Assembly: GCA_001599295.1 (NCBI GenBank)
Contig: BCGN01000008.1
Coordinates: forward strand, 744,001 to 808,000
Source: Sporopachydermia quercuum
Lineage: Eukaryota
Direction of reading: 5' to 3'
DNA length: 64,000 bases
A program made the translations under genes and the position numbers. Positions within the stretch are counted from its first letter, which is position 1; each line of letters starts with the position of its first letter. The notes below the pieces were generated by a model, which worked only from the letters and a program-made list of their open reading frames with translations, had not been told where the DNA came from and did no database searches. This document shows positions 32,234 to 42,813 of the stretch, in pieces.

Positions 32234-34543
32234 ATGGCCCCTACGATATCGCTACCTATAGGTAGATCTCGATCGCTAAAGGTTCCTGACTCTGTTGTTG
32301 AGTTTTACTTTAGACACCGAAGTTTATGCGTTAGAAGTGCTTTGACGGCTTTGATCTTATCTATGGCAATTCAGAATACCTCCACAAAGGAAACAAGAAA
32401 GAACCCGAAAGAACCGAAGAAATTGGATAAGAAAGAGAAACTCTTGGGAGAGAAAGATGGTGAAGAATCTGATCTTAGGAATAAAAAAGAAGATTATGAT
32501 AACAAAAGAGATATCTCTAATGATAAAGCTGCAGTTGACAAACGCTTTTTCGAGAGGTTGAAGGTCCTATTACGAATAATTGTACCATCGTTAGCAAGTA
32601 AAGAATGTATCTTACTTGTACTGCAGTCACTTTTTCTAGTAGCAAGATCATATATTTCACTATTTATTGCTTCACTCGATGGTAAATTAGTTAGCACTTT
32701 GGTAGGACGAAAAGGAAGATTGTTCATGAAGTATCTTCTCTACTGGATGTTAGTAGCTGTACCAGCCACAGTGAACAACGCTATTCTCAACTACTTTCAA
32801 ACAAGATTATATCTTTTGTTTAGAGAGAATTTATCGACTACCATCAACGAAAAATATCTAACCGGTATGGAAACGGATTCATTTGGAAAAGAAAAGTCAT
32901 TTGACAATCGAAGACCATCAGATCATCGCCACCATCACCATCATATTTCACAGTCGCTGAATAATGAGAAACCATTTTATTCTTTATTAAATCTAGACGA
33001 CAGAGTGAAAAATCCCGATCAAGTAGTTACCGTTGATGTGGATAACTTCTGTAAATCAATTTCCAGTTTGCACTCTAATTTATTAAAACCATTTTTGGAT
33101 ATGTTCATCTACTCTTGGAAACTCAGTAATAGTGTTGGAGGGGAGGCTATGATTATTTTAGGTCTCTTAATTCAATTGTCAGCAAAGGTTATGCGAATGG
33201 TTTCACCTCCTTTTGGTAAGATCATTGCCCATCTAGGAAATTTGGAAGGTGAATTTAGGTATCAACATTCAAGACTAATCGAAAATTCAGAAGAAATTGC
33301 TTTATATTCAGGACAAGAGGTTGAAAAGACAAACCTAGACAGGTCATATTTCAAACTCATCAAATTTATGAACAATGTTTTTAAGAGAAGATTTTTCTAC
33401 AATTTCTTTGAAGATTTCATCATGAAATACACTTGGGGTGCATTGGGCCTATTAGTTTGTTCAACACCTGCATTCTTGAGTTCAGAATCCTCAGGTTTTG
33501 ATCAAATCAGTGGGAATTTTATCACCAATAGGCGCCTTCTCATGTCTGCTTCTGATGCTTTCAGTCGAATTATTTCGTCCTTCAAAGATATTTCTCAGCT
33601 GGCAGGTTACACATCGAGAGTATCGTTATTCTTAGAAGTATTAGACGATGTAAGCAAAGGTAAGTTTGTCAAACTAAATTGTATTGAAAATATGGAAAGA
33701 AAAACATTGGGAAAGGTCAAATATGGGCCAAATATTGTTTTTGAGCATGTTCCTATTATCTCACCTATTGGCGAATTGTTGGTTGATGATCTTTCCTTCA
33801 AGGTTAAATATGGAGAGAATTTGTTAATTGTTGGTCCTAATGGCAGCGGTAAGTCATCTTTGTTTCGAATTATTGGCGAATTATGGCCAGTTTATTATCC
33901 AGGATGTGTCACTATACCCAAATCGAAAGATATATTTTATATTCCACAGCGCCCTTACCTTTCAAAAGGCACTTTACGAGAACAACTCATTTATCCTCTT
34001 ACAGAAGAAGAATTTAGAGCTAATGGAAACAACGACCTAGAACTATTGGCAATATTGAAAGTACTTCAAATTGATGATTTACTGTACACTTCTCCCGAAG
34101 GATTTGATACCGTGAAAGAATGGAAAGAAGAAATTAGCATGGGGTCTCAACAACTAATAGCAATGGCTAGACTGTATTTCCATAAACCTAGGTTTGCAAT
34201 CTTAGATGAGTGCACCTCTTCGGTTTCTTTGGAAATGGAAAAAACAATGTATACACATGCTAAGCAGCTGAACATTTCTTTGATAACAGTTTCTCATAGG
34301 GCGTCATTATGGCAGTATCATGATCTAATTCTTCAGTTCGATGGAAAAGGTGGCTACATTTTTGGTAAATTGGATCCTGAAAAGCGATTGAAGCTTGAAG
34401 AAGAGAAAATGAAGTTAGACATGTTTTTGAGAAATGTTCCAGAACTAGAATCTCGTTTGGCTGATTTGAGAATTGTGGAAAACTTTCATGCTCTGAATAG
34501 TGAAATAAGCCTGCATGATTTTGATATGAACATGATTCAGTGA
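32234..34543 (+). CDS. PXA2: Peroxisomal ABCD half-transporter (acyl-CoA import), 769 aa
   Basis: EAA-like motif HSRLIENSEEIALY, Walker A GPNGSGKSS, degenerate signature ISMGSQQ, Walker B FAILDECTS and a Pxa2-type coiled-coil C-terminus. Confidence 0.9.
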   Translation: MAPTISLPIGRSRSLKVPDSVVEFYFRHRSLCVRSALTALILSMAIQNTSTKETRKNPKEPKKLDKKEKLLGEKDGEESDLRNKKEDYDNKRDISNDKAAVDKRFFERLKVLLRIIVPSLASKECILLVLQSLFLVARSYISLFIASLDGKLVSTLVGRKGRLFMKYLLYWMLVAVPATVNNAILNYFQTRLYLLFRENLSTTINEKYLTGMETDSFGKEKSFDNRRPSDHRHHHHHISQSLNNEKPFYSLLNLDDRVKNPDQVVTVDVDNFCKSISSLHSNLLKPFLDMFIYSWKLSNSVGGEAMIILGLLIQLSAKVMRMVSPPFGKIIAHLGNLEGEFRYQHSRLIENSEEIALYSGQEVEKTNLDRSYFKLIKFMNNVFKRRFFYNFFEDFIMKYTWGALGLLVCSTPAFLSSESSGFDQISGNFITNRRLLMSASDAFSRIISSFKDISQLAGYTSRVSLFLEVLDDVSKGKFVKLNCIENMERKTLGKVKYGPNIVFEHVPIISPIGELLVDDLSFKVKYGENLLIVGPNGSGKSSLFRIIGELWPVYYPGCVTIPKSKDIFYIPQRPYLSKGTLREQLIYPLTEEEFRANGNNDLELLAILKVLQIDDLLYTSPEGFDTVKEWKEEISMGSQQLIAMARLYFHKPRFAILDECTSSVSLEMEKTMYTHAKQLNISLITVSHRASLWQYHDLILQFDGKGGYIFGKLDPEKRLKLEEEKMKLDMFLRNVPELESRLADLRIVENFHALNSEISLHDFDMNMIQ

Positions 34544-34687
34544 GTGGCTGAACCACAGTGTCATTTGTATACTACGACTAATAATTATTATAAGAATGCA
34601 TTATGTTTTTATACATTACTCTAGGCCTAACAGACAGAGTATTTTGAAAGCAGTCTTTATATTTAGTATTGCAATGTTTTGATTGCT

Positions 34688-36289
34688 CTATTCATCATCN
34701 TCTTCTTCTTCTCCATCCTCAACTTCTTCACTATCATTTTCATTGTGATCATCGTCTTCATTTTCACTTCCATCTTCAGATCCCCCTTGACTATCAATAG
34801 GTTCTTCTCCTTGAATATACATGACGTTATTCTCATTGCCTTCTTCATCACTCTCATCTTCATTATCATCTCCGTCAGCGATTTCTCGTTGAATTTTTCT
34901 TAGTTCTTGCTGATTTCTTAGTAATTCTAATCTACCACGAATGCTGATTAATCCATTCAATGCTTTTAATTTCTCATTCAAACCTAACTTTAGGTCTCTT
35001 AATTCATCGATACATGATTCTTCCTCTGCTAATTTACCTCCATGTGCAATTAACAACCATTTTAAGGCGTTTGAGTTTGATTCCACATTCCTCAAAAAGG
35101 AAGTAAGTTTTTCTCTAGCTTCTTGGGAATTCAAGCTTAGCAAGTCCATTTTTATGTCTCCTTCTTCATATTCTGATATATCTTCGTCTTCATCCATTTC
35201 TTGTAGGCTTGTTTCATCTATATTATCTTTTTCTATTTCCTTCTCATTCTGTACGGTATTCTTTACACTACTGAGGTTGTCGACTTGAATTGATACATTG
35301 TTCTTGCTATACATCGATGCAAACAACCCTTCGTGCTGCGAGATGATTGTTAAGGCACTTGTAGGAATATTTTGGATTGTTTTTGTTTCTCTGTTGATAA
35401 AAGTAGCAACTTTTGATGGTTGAATGAAAACGTCCCCTTTTAAAGAAATTATTGGAATAATGTCTTTTAACGAATCATTTGAAGGATTTTCGAATGTTTG
35501 TAATGCAGTTGGATTTGATTTTTCAAACAGAGAAATGGTTCCATCTTGGTCAACTATATAAAAGGTACCTTTCACGTCCGAAGGCAGTAAACGTACTGGT
35601 GTTGTTGCCGTTTTGAATTTAGTTGCAACTTGGAACTTATTAGATCCATCATTATGTTGAAGCAGTAGTACCACTTTGCTTAATATTACTAAGCCGGAGT
35701 CCCCTATCGGCACTATCGAAGAGATTTCTTGTTTTCTACCTAAGTCTACTGTTTGAACTGTCTCCTTTACGACTCCATCAGCAACTTGAAGATCGATCTT
35801 GCTAAATCCACCTTCTTGATCTCCTAAATACACTGTGNTTCCTCGAAGACACCAGGAGCTTATAAGACTTGGCAGGTCCACTTTAATGACTGATGTAGTT
35901 TTTGCAGTAAAAGATGAGTAGATGAGAACTTGGAAAGGCATTATAACGACTAGCACTGTAGTTTTGGTGTTACCCTTATCAGTGGAACCTACTGATTGAC
36001 TCTGATCACCTAAAGGTCTTTTCTTAGTACTAGAATGACCATTTTTGGTAGCTGTAGATTCTAAAGATATCCATTCAATAGCAGAAAACTTGGTTTTATC
36101 AATAGATATATTTGACAATAATTTGAACTCATACTTTTCGTTGTTATTCCTAGCTTCGTAGATTTGCAGTTTGCTATGTCGTTTGTTCTCAATCATTCCC
36201 AAACAACAGTAGAAAGAGTCTCCATTCAAAGCACTAAACCTTTCGCTAACAGCAGCATTTTCTATAGCAATTCCTGACATTTTGGCCAT
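34688..36289 (-). CDS. UTP5: U3 snoRNP / UtpA subunit Utp5-like (beta-propeller, Utp12/Dip2 domain, acidic tail)
   Basis: C-terminal WLLIAHGG...GRLELL followed by a D/E-rich tail with YIQGE; divergent beta-rich N-terminus. ATG at 36289 or 36280. Confidence 0.75.
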   Translation of the reverse strand: MAKMSGIAIENAAVSERFSALNGDSFYCCLGMIENKRHSKLQIYEARNNNEKYEFKLLSNISIDKTKFSAIEWISLESTATKNGHSSTKKRPLGDQSQSVGSTDKGNTKTTVLVVIMPFQVLIYSSFTAKTTSVIKVDLPSLISSWCLRGXTVYLGDQEGGFSKIDLQVADGVVKETVQTVDLGRKQEISSIVPIGDSGLVILSKVVLLLQHNDGSNKFQVATKFKTATTPVRLLPSDVKGTFYIVDQDGTISLFEKSNPTALQTFENPSNDSLKDIIPIISLKGDVFIQPSKVATFINRETKTIQNIPTSALTIISQHEGLFASMYSKNNVSIQVDNLSSVKNTVQNEKEIEKDNIDETSLQEMDEDEDISEYEEGDIKMDLLSLNSQEAREKLTSFLRNVESNSNALKWLLIAHGGKLAEEESCIDELRDLKLGLNEKLKALNGLISIRGRLELLRNQQELRKIQREIADGDDNEDESDEEGNENNVMYIQGEEPIDSQGGSEDGSENEDDDHNENDSEEVEDGEEEXDDE

Positions 36290-36560
36290 CACTTTCACCA
36301 GCAGTTTCTATCAAATAAGTCGCTGCAACCACTCAACTCTTGCAACGGTATAGTGTGATTCTTTCTATTTTTTACCTAAATAGAGATCACTAATTCTCCA
36401 AGAAACCGACCAACTTTTGACGCCGCTTTCTTTCTGACCTATACAAACTCTCCAATACCGTAATAGATCTTCTTAAATCTCCTCTTCAAGAACCTTTACT
36501 GGCCTTTACAATGTATCATTCAATAAGAACAACACAATGAATATTTTTCTCATAGTAAAC

Positions 36561-36603
36561 AAAAATTTTCTAGGTTTCTTACCAATTCACATCAAGTCTC
36601 ATC
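36561..36603 (-). promoter_or_regulatory. RRPE-like (GAAAATTTTT) and PAC core (GATGAG) upstream of UTP5
   Basis: AAAAATTTTC at 36561-36570 and CTCATC at 36598-36603, typical of ribosome-biogenesis promoters. Confidence 0.45.
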
Positions 36604-37029
36604 TCGTAAACTGTACTTACCCGGCAAGTAATGTCCTAATTAGGAGATACATTTGTCCGTGGNTTTCCGTTGACGTAATCTTAATTTATTCCTCCTTTTC
36701 CATTTTGTGTGTAGTTTCTTCACTTTTACTTCTTCAGGAAAGGATTTGTATTTCCTTTCCTCTGCGTGTTTTCCCCTGGCAATGATAAGGTAAGGAAATT
36801 AAATGAAATATGCTTATTGCTCAATGTGCTAATCTAAATTTGGGGAAAAGTGCTAGGGATAATCAACTATTGTTCTGTTTATGAAGCTCAGAATAGTTTG
36901 TTATTGGCCCGACTTATCAGTGGTTCAATCCTTTCTCTTCGCAGAGCAGTACTCGAATTACTTTTATTAATACTCACGACAAGTCTTTTGGTAGTAATGA
37001 AACTGAATTAAAGGATTAGAAAAATCAGA

Positions 37030-37036
37030 TGACTCA
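37030..37036 (+). promoter_or_regulatory. Perfect TGACTCA (Gcn4/AP-1-type) site upstream of HAP5
   Basis: ATGACTCA located 130 bp before the HAP5 ATG. Confidence 0.4.
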
Positions 37037-37159
37037 GTACGAATCAATTGTTTAGAGAAGCTAAGTTATAGAAAGAGACTTTTTTATTTTATATTTTTGA
37101 AGAACGAATTGGTTGTTCATGTTCAGAAAATTGATTTTTCAACAGCAGTAAAAGAATAA

Positions 37160-37785
37160 ATGCAAGTGAGAATGACTGATTCAAGTACAAGTCAGGGAAG
37201 CATGAGTCGCGCTGGTTCACTGGGGATANTTGATCAAGAAGATGTTGAATATGAAATGGTTGGAGAAGAAGAAGANGACGAAGAAGGAGAAGAAGAAGAA
37301 GATATGATGGTGAGCTCAGCATTTAATAATGTAGGACAAGGGTTAACAGGAAAATATAGAAATATGATGATGACCTACTGGCAGGAAACAATAAACAGTA
37401 TTGAACATGATGACCATGATTTCAAAAATCATCAGCTTCCGTTAGCAAGAATAAAAAAGGTTATGAAAACAGATGAAGAGGTTAAAATGATATCTGCTGA
37501 AGCACCAATACTTTTTGCTAAAGGATGTGATATCTTTATTACGGAGCTGACTATGAGAGCTTGGATACATGCAGAAGAAAATAAGCGAAGAACGCTGCAA
37601 CGAAGTGATATAGCAGCAGCTTTACAACAATCAGATATGTTTGATTTCTTAATTGATATAGTACCAAGAGAAGAAGAAAAAGCTCGCAAGTCGCATTCAA
37701 GTTCTGGCTCAAATGCACGGTATCATTCTCAAAACCATAACCAGGTATTGCAACAGCAAGGTACCAGTAGCCAATCTCAACAGTC

Positions 37786-37845
<60 letters not shown>

Positions 37846-38014
37846 GCAGCAGCAGCATCAGCAACATCAAAATCAGCATCAAAATCAAAATCAAAATCAA
37901 AATCAAAATCAAAATCAACAACAAAGTGCCATAACCTCAATCAACCAAAACTCTTACGACTTTCCAAAATCTTTTGTCAAACAAGTGAAAGAAGATGATT
38001 ATCTTCTTGCATGA
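37160..38014 (+). CDS. HAP5: CCAAT-binding factor subunit Hap5 (NF-YC), 284 aa
   Basis: Histone fold [62 protein letters not shown]...[11 protein letters not shown]. Confidence 0.97.
37787..37925 (+). repeat. (CAA)n/(CAG)n polyglutamine microsatellite followed by (CAAAAT)n QN repeats in HAP5
   Basis: About 19 CAA plus 4 CAG codons, then CAAAAT hexamer repeats. Confidence 0.95.
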
Positions 38015-38553
38015 GAGATTTGCTCCTTAATCTCCTAGCCATTTTATTTTCTTGCTATCAATTTTTATCTTTCTTATTGATTCTTATGGTGTTTATGGGT
38101 CTATGACTGTGAAGTATAAATGTATTATTAATTCTACTGTTTTATTATGGTATCTTTCTTTCCTATTTTCTTGTATAAATAAACTTTGGACTTTTTCGAC
38201 TCATTGCTATTGCTGTATGCTTCTTGTGGTGCATCTTAAATGGTGCATCTTACACTCAGTGAACAAAAAAATCAACCATCCAATCTAACAGTCCTATAGA
38301 ACTGTCAAGCATATCGTGCCTTATTAAACTGCCATTTGTTATCATTTATATTAATTCACNGTTTACCATCTATATTATCAATATCTTCTTCCTCTCATAC
38401 TCATAAATGAATCGATATTCATTAGATAAAATTTCGGCTCTCCTGAGAAACCCTCCCCAAAAAGAAAATGCGTCCCATTATGGATACTTCTCTATTCCAT
38501 TTATTTCTTCTTCATTTATTTTCTCCGAAATAATAAAACGGAAACCGAATAAT

Positions 38554-38578
38554 AAAAATTTTTGTTATGTGTGATGAA
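38554..38578 (+). promoter_or_regulatory. RRPE-like and PAC-like motifs upstream of NOP9
   Basis: AAAAATTTTT at 38554-38563 and GTGATGAA (imperfect PAC) at 38571-38578. Confidence 0.35.
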
Positions 38579-38722
38579 TAGAAATCAATTATTATCCACC
38601 TTTGAGATAAGAACAATTGATATTTGAGGCTTCTAAATTATATATTTAAGAAGATTTCAGTATATGGCATAACCGAAATCTAGTGATTTTCTTGCTTTTC
38701 AATTTTGGCTTATAGTATTACA

Positions 38723-40840
38723 ATGCCCAAAGAGAAAAAGAAAAGAGGAAGAAGAGCTGAAGCAGCTAGAAAACAGGAAGCAGAAGCAGAGTATGAAAAG
38801 GAAGAAGAGATTGGAGTATTAGAAACAATCAATAAAATTGATACTTCAAACTTAGAAGCCTTCAGGCAACAGCAAGATGAAATTAATACATTCTTTGGGT
38901 TACTCAGTGATGAGGAATCCGATTATTTCAAACAAGCTGAAAGTACCCTCAACATAAATGCATTCGCAGAACCTGAAGAAAGAGATGCATTTGTTAGCAG
39001 TGTATTAGAAGAAGCAAAAGGAAAAGAATTAAAACTATCAACTAATCAAATATGCTCCAAATTAGTTGAAAGGCTTATTTTGTCCGCTGATAGCAAACAG
39101 CTCAAAGCCTTTTTTGATGCCTTCAGTGGCCATTTTCTCAATCTCACTTTCCATAAATATGCTTCACATTGTGTTGAAACACTCTTAATAAGATCAGCTG
39201 CCTTGATTGACAAAGAAATAAAGAATCCAGATTCGATTATTGAATCAGACGATGCTAAAGGAGATGATGTTTTTTCACCAATGGAAAGCATGTTCCTTTA
39301 TATGCTAACTGAATTAAAACCTTCTATCAGTAACATGATTGCTCATCAGTACGGATCACATGTTTTAAGAGTTATACTGCTTATATTAGCTGGTAGAAAG
39401 CTGCCATCATCAACAGCCTCGCAATCGCAGTTGCGAAGCAAAAGAAGTAAAATAGCAAGAAAAATGATTGACATCAAAGATAATGAAGAATTCGAACAAT
39501 CATACTTAACACCAGAATCATTCCACAATGAATTGAAAGAACTTGTTGAAGTGATATATGAAAGCTTTAATAATGATAGAACTAAAGTTCGTGAGGCCTG
39601 TATTCATAAAGTTTCAAGCCCTGTAATGCAATTGTTACTGGATTGTGAAGGTATTTCTAATAGCAAAGATAGAAAAATATGGAATTTGNTATTTGTTAAT
39701 GGGTCTGAAGAAAAGGACAACAAAGAAGAAGCATTCGCTGAGTATCTACTTTCTGACCCTGTAGGATCACACTTTTTTGAAGCTGTTATCAAGTTTGAGA
39801 AGTCAAAAGATATTGAACGTCTTTTTCGTTTTTATATGAGCTCAAGAATTGATAAGCTATGTAAAAGAGAGGCAGCAGTTTTTGTTATTGAAGCATTGTT
39901 AGGTAAACTGAAACCTGGAACTGTGAAACAAATCTTAGACGTGCTAATTGACAATCTGGTGGTTTTTCTCAATGGTAACATTGCCTTCAGTAAAAAGATA
40001 ATAGAATCTTGTATGGTGAAGGGTTATAGAACAGAAGATTTGATTGAGATTATCAGTAAACATTACGAAGGGCCTGAAAAGAATGATTTAATTGAAAACG
40101 TTTTACAGTTGAGAATATCAACATTAGGTAATACTAGAGGAGATTGGCCTACTGCGGAGGAAAACAAGAAGGCTGTTTTCATTCAAAAGCTGTTTGAACT
40201 ATCACACTCTTTTATTGAGAAAGCTTTTGATTCATTACTTACTTATAACTCGCGAAAACTATGTGACATGGGAACTCATTCTGTGTACTCTCATGTGTTG
40301 GAAAACATTTTGGATTATAAACTAGACAACATTAAAAAGAGAAGATTCCTGAATGTACTATTAGAACCACCAGCGGAAGGGGAATTATCAACAATTGCAA
40401 AATTGACTTGCAATGCCTATGGATCTCATATAATAGATAAGCTATGGGAATTCACTGTGAGAATGAATAATTATAAAGAACGCATTGCTAAGGAAATCGT
40501 TGGTGCTGAGACACAAGTTAAAACTACTGTCTATGGTAAATCTGTCTGGAAGAACTGGTCTTTAGATAAGTTTATCAGAAAGCGAGCTGATTGGACTAGA
40601 ATAGCCAAAGAACAAGAGTTGCAACTATTTGGAGAAATGAAGCAAATTCAAAACCCTTATAAGAAATCAATCAAACCTAATGAACAAGATCAAGCGCTAA
40701 AGAAATCTGATAATGGTTTCAGGAGTTTCAACAAAGACTCATACAAAAAAAGAGATTTCAGTTTTAGTAGCTTTGAAAGCAATGGTGAACCAAGATCTAA
40801 AAAGGTTAGAGGTAGAGAAAGAGAGAGGAAGTATAACTGA
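38723..40840 (+). CDS. NOP9: Nucleolar PUF-like protein Nop9, 705 aa
   Basis: MPKEKKKRGRR start, FFGLL...YFKQAESTL, EAKGKELKL, HKYASHCVETLL, CNAYGSHIIDKLW and YGKSVWKNW. Confidence 0.95.
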   Translation: MPKEKKKRGRRAEAARKQEAEAEYEKEEEIGVLETINKIDTSNLEAFRQQQDEINTFFGLLSDEESDYFKQAESTLNINAFAEPEERDAFVSSVLEEAKGKELKLSTNQICSKLVERLILSADSKQLKAFFDAFSGHFLNLTFHKYASHCVETLLIRSAALIDKEIKNPDSIIESDDAKGDDVFSPMESMFLYMLTELKPSISNMIAHQYGSHVLRVILLILAGRKLPSSTASQSQLRSKRSKIARKMIDIKDNEEFEQSYLTPESFHNELKELVEVIYESFNNDRTKVREACIHKVSSPVMQLLLDCEGISNSKDRKIWNLXFVNGSEEKDNKEEAFAEYLLSDPVGSHFFEAVIKFEKSKDIERLFRFYMSSRIDKLCKREAAVFVIEALLGKLKPGTVKQILDVLIDNLVVFLNGNIAFSKKIIESCMVKGYRTEDLIEIISKHYEGPEKNDLIENVLQLRISTLGNTRGDWPTAEENKKAVFIQKLFELSHSFIEKAFDSLLTYNSRKLCDMGTHSVYSHVLENILDYKLDNIKKRRFLNVLLEPPAEGELSTIAKLTCNAYGSHIIDKLWEFTVRMNNYKERIAKEIVGAETQVKTTVYGKSVWKNWSLDKFIRKRADWTRIAKEQELQLFGEMKQIQNPYKKSIKPNEQDQALKKSDNGFRSFNKDSYKKRDFSFSSFESNGEPRSKKVRGRERERKYN

Positions 40841-41049
40841 CGTTTCTATCTGCGTTTATTATCATTAAGTACTTAATGCATTTGGTTCTTGATTTTAAAA
40901 TATAATCATAGCATTGATTAATCTTTTCCTCCAAATATAAAACCTCTACTCCCTATCAATTAGATATCTTTGTGTATGTCACTACTGTAGCGTTACTATT
41001 TATATCTACACAACCCTTCTCGACTCAACACATCTCCATGCCATTTCTA

Positions 41050-41763
41050 TTACCAAGTATTTGGTGTTCTTCTTAATCGTAAACCCAGATATCTTGCTAG
41101 TTCATCAAACATCAAATCTTGCTCTTCCGTAGAAATATTTTCAAAATAGTGTTTGGATTCTTCATCAATTGCCATCTCTTCCGCAACATTCAGATCGGTA
41201 ATATGCGTAACAATAGCATCTACATCATCTTTTTTCTTATCAAAAGCTTTCCCTATCACCTTATCTAAATCAGCACTTGTTTTTGCTGCTGACTCAGGCA
41301 CCAGATCATAGAATTTGCTTAACATAAAAATTTCCGGCAAGGACAATTCACTAAACTCTTTATAAGTATTCGGAAATTTGAATCCCAGTTCTGGCGCATC
41401 TTGAGCAATCTTTTTGGGATCTTCTCCAAACTGATTAAATAAAGGAGCAATTTGGTCAGATGATGACGTGAGCCCTGCGTTGAATATTCTTCTTGTCGTT
41501 CTGTTTTCTAATAAATCAAGTTGTTGTTGTAATTCTGTTACCAGTTGAACGACATCTTCATTAGTGACGAAATCATCAACATCAACACCTTTTGGTAAAG
41601 TTGAGCCTAGTGCAGCGTCAGTATCTATTGATTGCTTTTCACGACCAATTTGTAGTTGCAATACATTTCTTCCAGTTTGCGATAGAATTTGGGATTGTTT
41701 TTTTACGATTGATGCTAATTCATCGATCCTTCCCTGTAGATCAGCAATTGACTGGTGGGACAT
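41050..41763 (-). CDS. MRP8: Mrp8-family protein of unknown function, 237 aa
   Basis: VKKQSQILSQTG..VLQLQ, DFVTNEDVVQLVTELQ..L..LE.R..RR and DELARYLGLRLRR...W match yeast Mrp8. Confidence 0.88.
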   Translation of the reverse strand: MSHQSIADLQGRIDELASIVKKQSQILSQTGRNVLQLQIGREKQSIDTDAALGSTLPKGVDVDDFVTNEDVVQLVTELQQQLDLLENRTTRRIFNAGLTSSSDQIAPLFNQFGEDPKKIAQDAPELGFKFPNTYKEFSELSLPEIFMLSKFYDLVPESAAKTSADLDKVIGKAFDKKKDDVDAIVTHITDLNVAEEMAIDEESKHYFENISTEEQDLMFDELARYLGLRLRRTPNTW

Positions 41764-42813
41764 GATGATTCTTTTGTATTATATTCTGGTTTGTTATGAN
41801 AATGGCTACGATAGCTTAGTAGAGACTGAGATAATACAGGAAGTTTTGCATATTAAAATATAAGGAAGCATATTCTGACGTTGTTGTAGTATGATGTATG
41901 ATGATTTAATAAGAGAGTCTTCTGTTCTTCTTATTATATATTCTTCCTGAGATGAAACAGGGAAGAAATGTACTGATGTTCTATTATTGAAACAGAGTTA
42001 TGATGTATATGTATTAATATGTATAAATATGTATTATATTTCATATTAGGAAATTATCTAACAGTTAAGTTTACACGATGATGAGCTTCAGTCTACTTTA
42101 GCTTATCATTTGATCACTATAAAGTGAATAAATTACCAGATCTGTTGTAATATTCAGGCTGAAGTTGATAGTTCTTTCATTGAAAGCGTATTTTTTGATT
42201 TTAACCATTTCAACAACGCGATAAACTATGACTGAGACATATCTTATTAGATCATTGTAANCGCAAGATTACTTATTGCATATGCACATCACATCTTCTT
42301 TCCGGTTAGTATTATCAATTATATTCATAATTTGAAGGACTTTCCTGGGATCTTCAGCCAAAAGGTTATGGTTATACTCAAACTGATTGTCTGATAACGC
42401 AGGTTATCAGACTTTCTAAAGCATTGTCACTTTTTTTTAAATACTTCAATCATCACTTTTCNCACTTTTATAATAGATATTCCAATAATGCCCGTATCAT
42501 CCCGCATAAATATGCATATTTCTGCACATATGCATAGAATGAATGCTTCCCCAAAAGTTCTTTTAGATTAAAGATTGATTTACCAGTCATCGGACTATTC
42601 TTTCTTCTGATTCATTATCAAATACGAGCAGAACTCCTGTTTAACAGCTGATTCTTATAAATTATGGAAAGGAAACACTGGTTCTACAGTNAGGTTTAAT
42701 TACTGTATCCGACTAGTATACTATACTACATTTGTTTCTACTACAAAACAGATCCTTACTCTTTTGTCTTTGAATAAAATAGAGAACCAAATGGTTCAAT
42801 CATTCAAGATCCT

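Noticed and set aside
36614..36850. U1 snRNA-like fragments (TACTTACCCGGCA...GGAGATAC...GTGGNTTTCC) between UTP5 and HAP5
   Set aside because: The invariant ACTTACCT is mismatched, and there is no loop-I GATCA.GAAG motif or clear Sm site. Probably coincidental, though an Rfam scan would be cheap.
36900..36945. GGTTCAATCC T-loop-like motif (possible tRNA)
   Set aside because: No T-stem, acceptor stem or D-arm pairing.
41895..42165. RTGATGA...CTGA box C/D-like pairs upstream of MRP8 (a similar one near 61172)
   Set aside because: No terminal stem and no rRNA-antisense element I could recognise; such motifs are common in AT-rich DNA.
42664..42782. Possible upstream exon and intron for RAD24 (ATG 42664, GTNAGG donor)
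   Set aside because: The phase does not match the TAG acceptor at 42782 and there is no convincing branch point.
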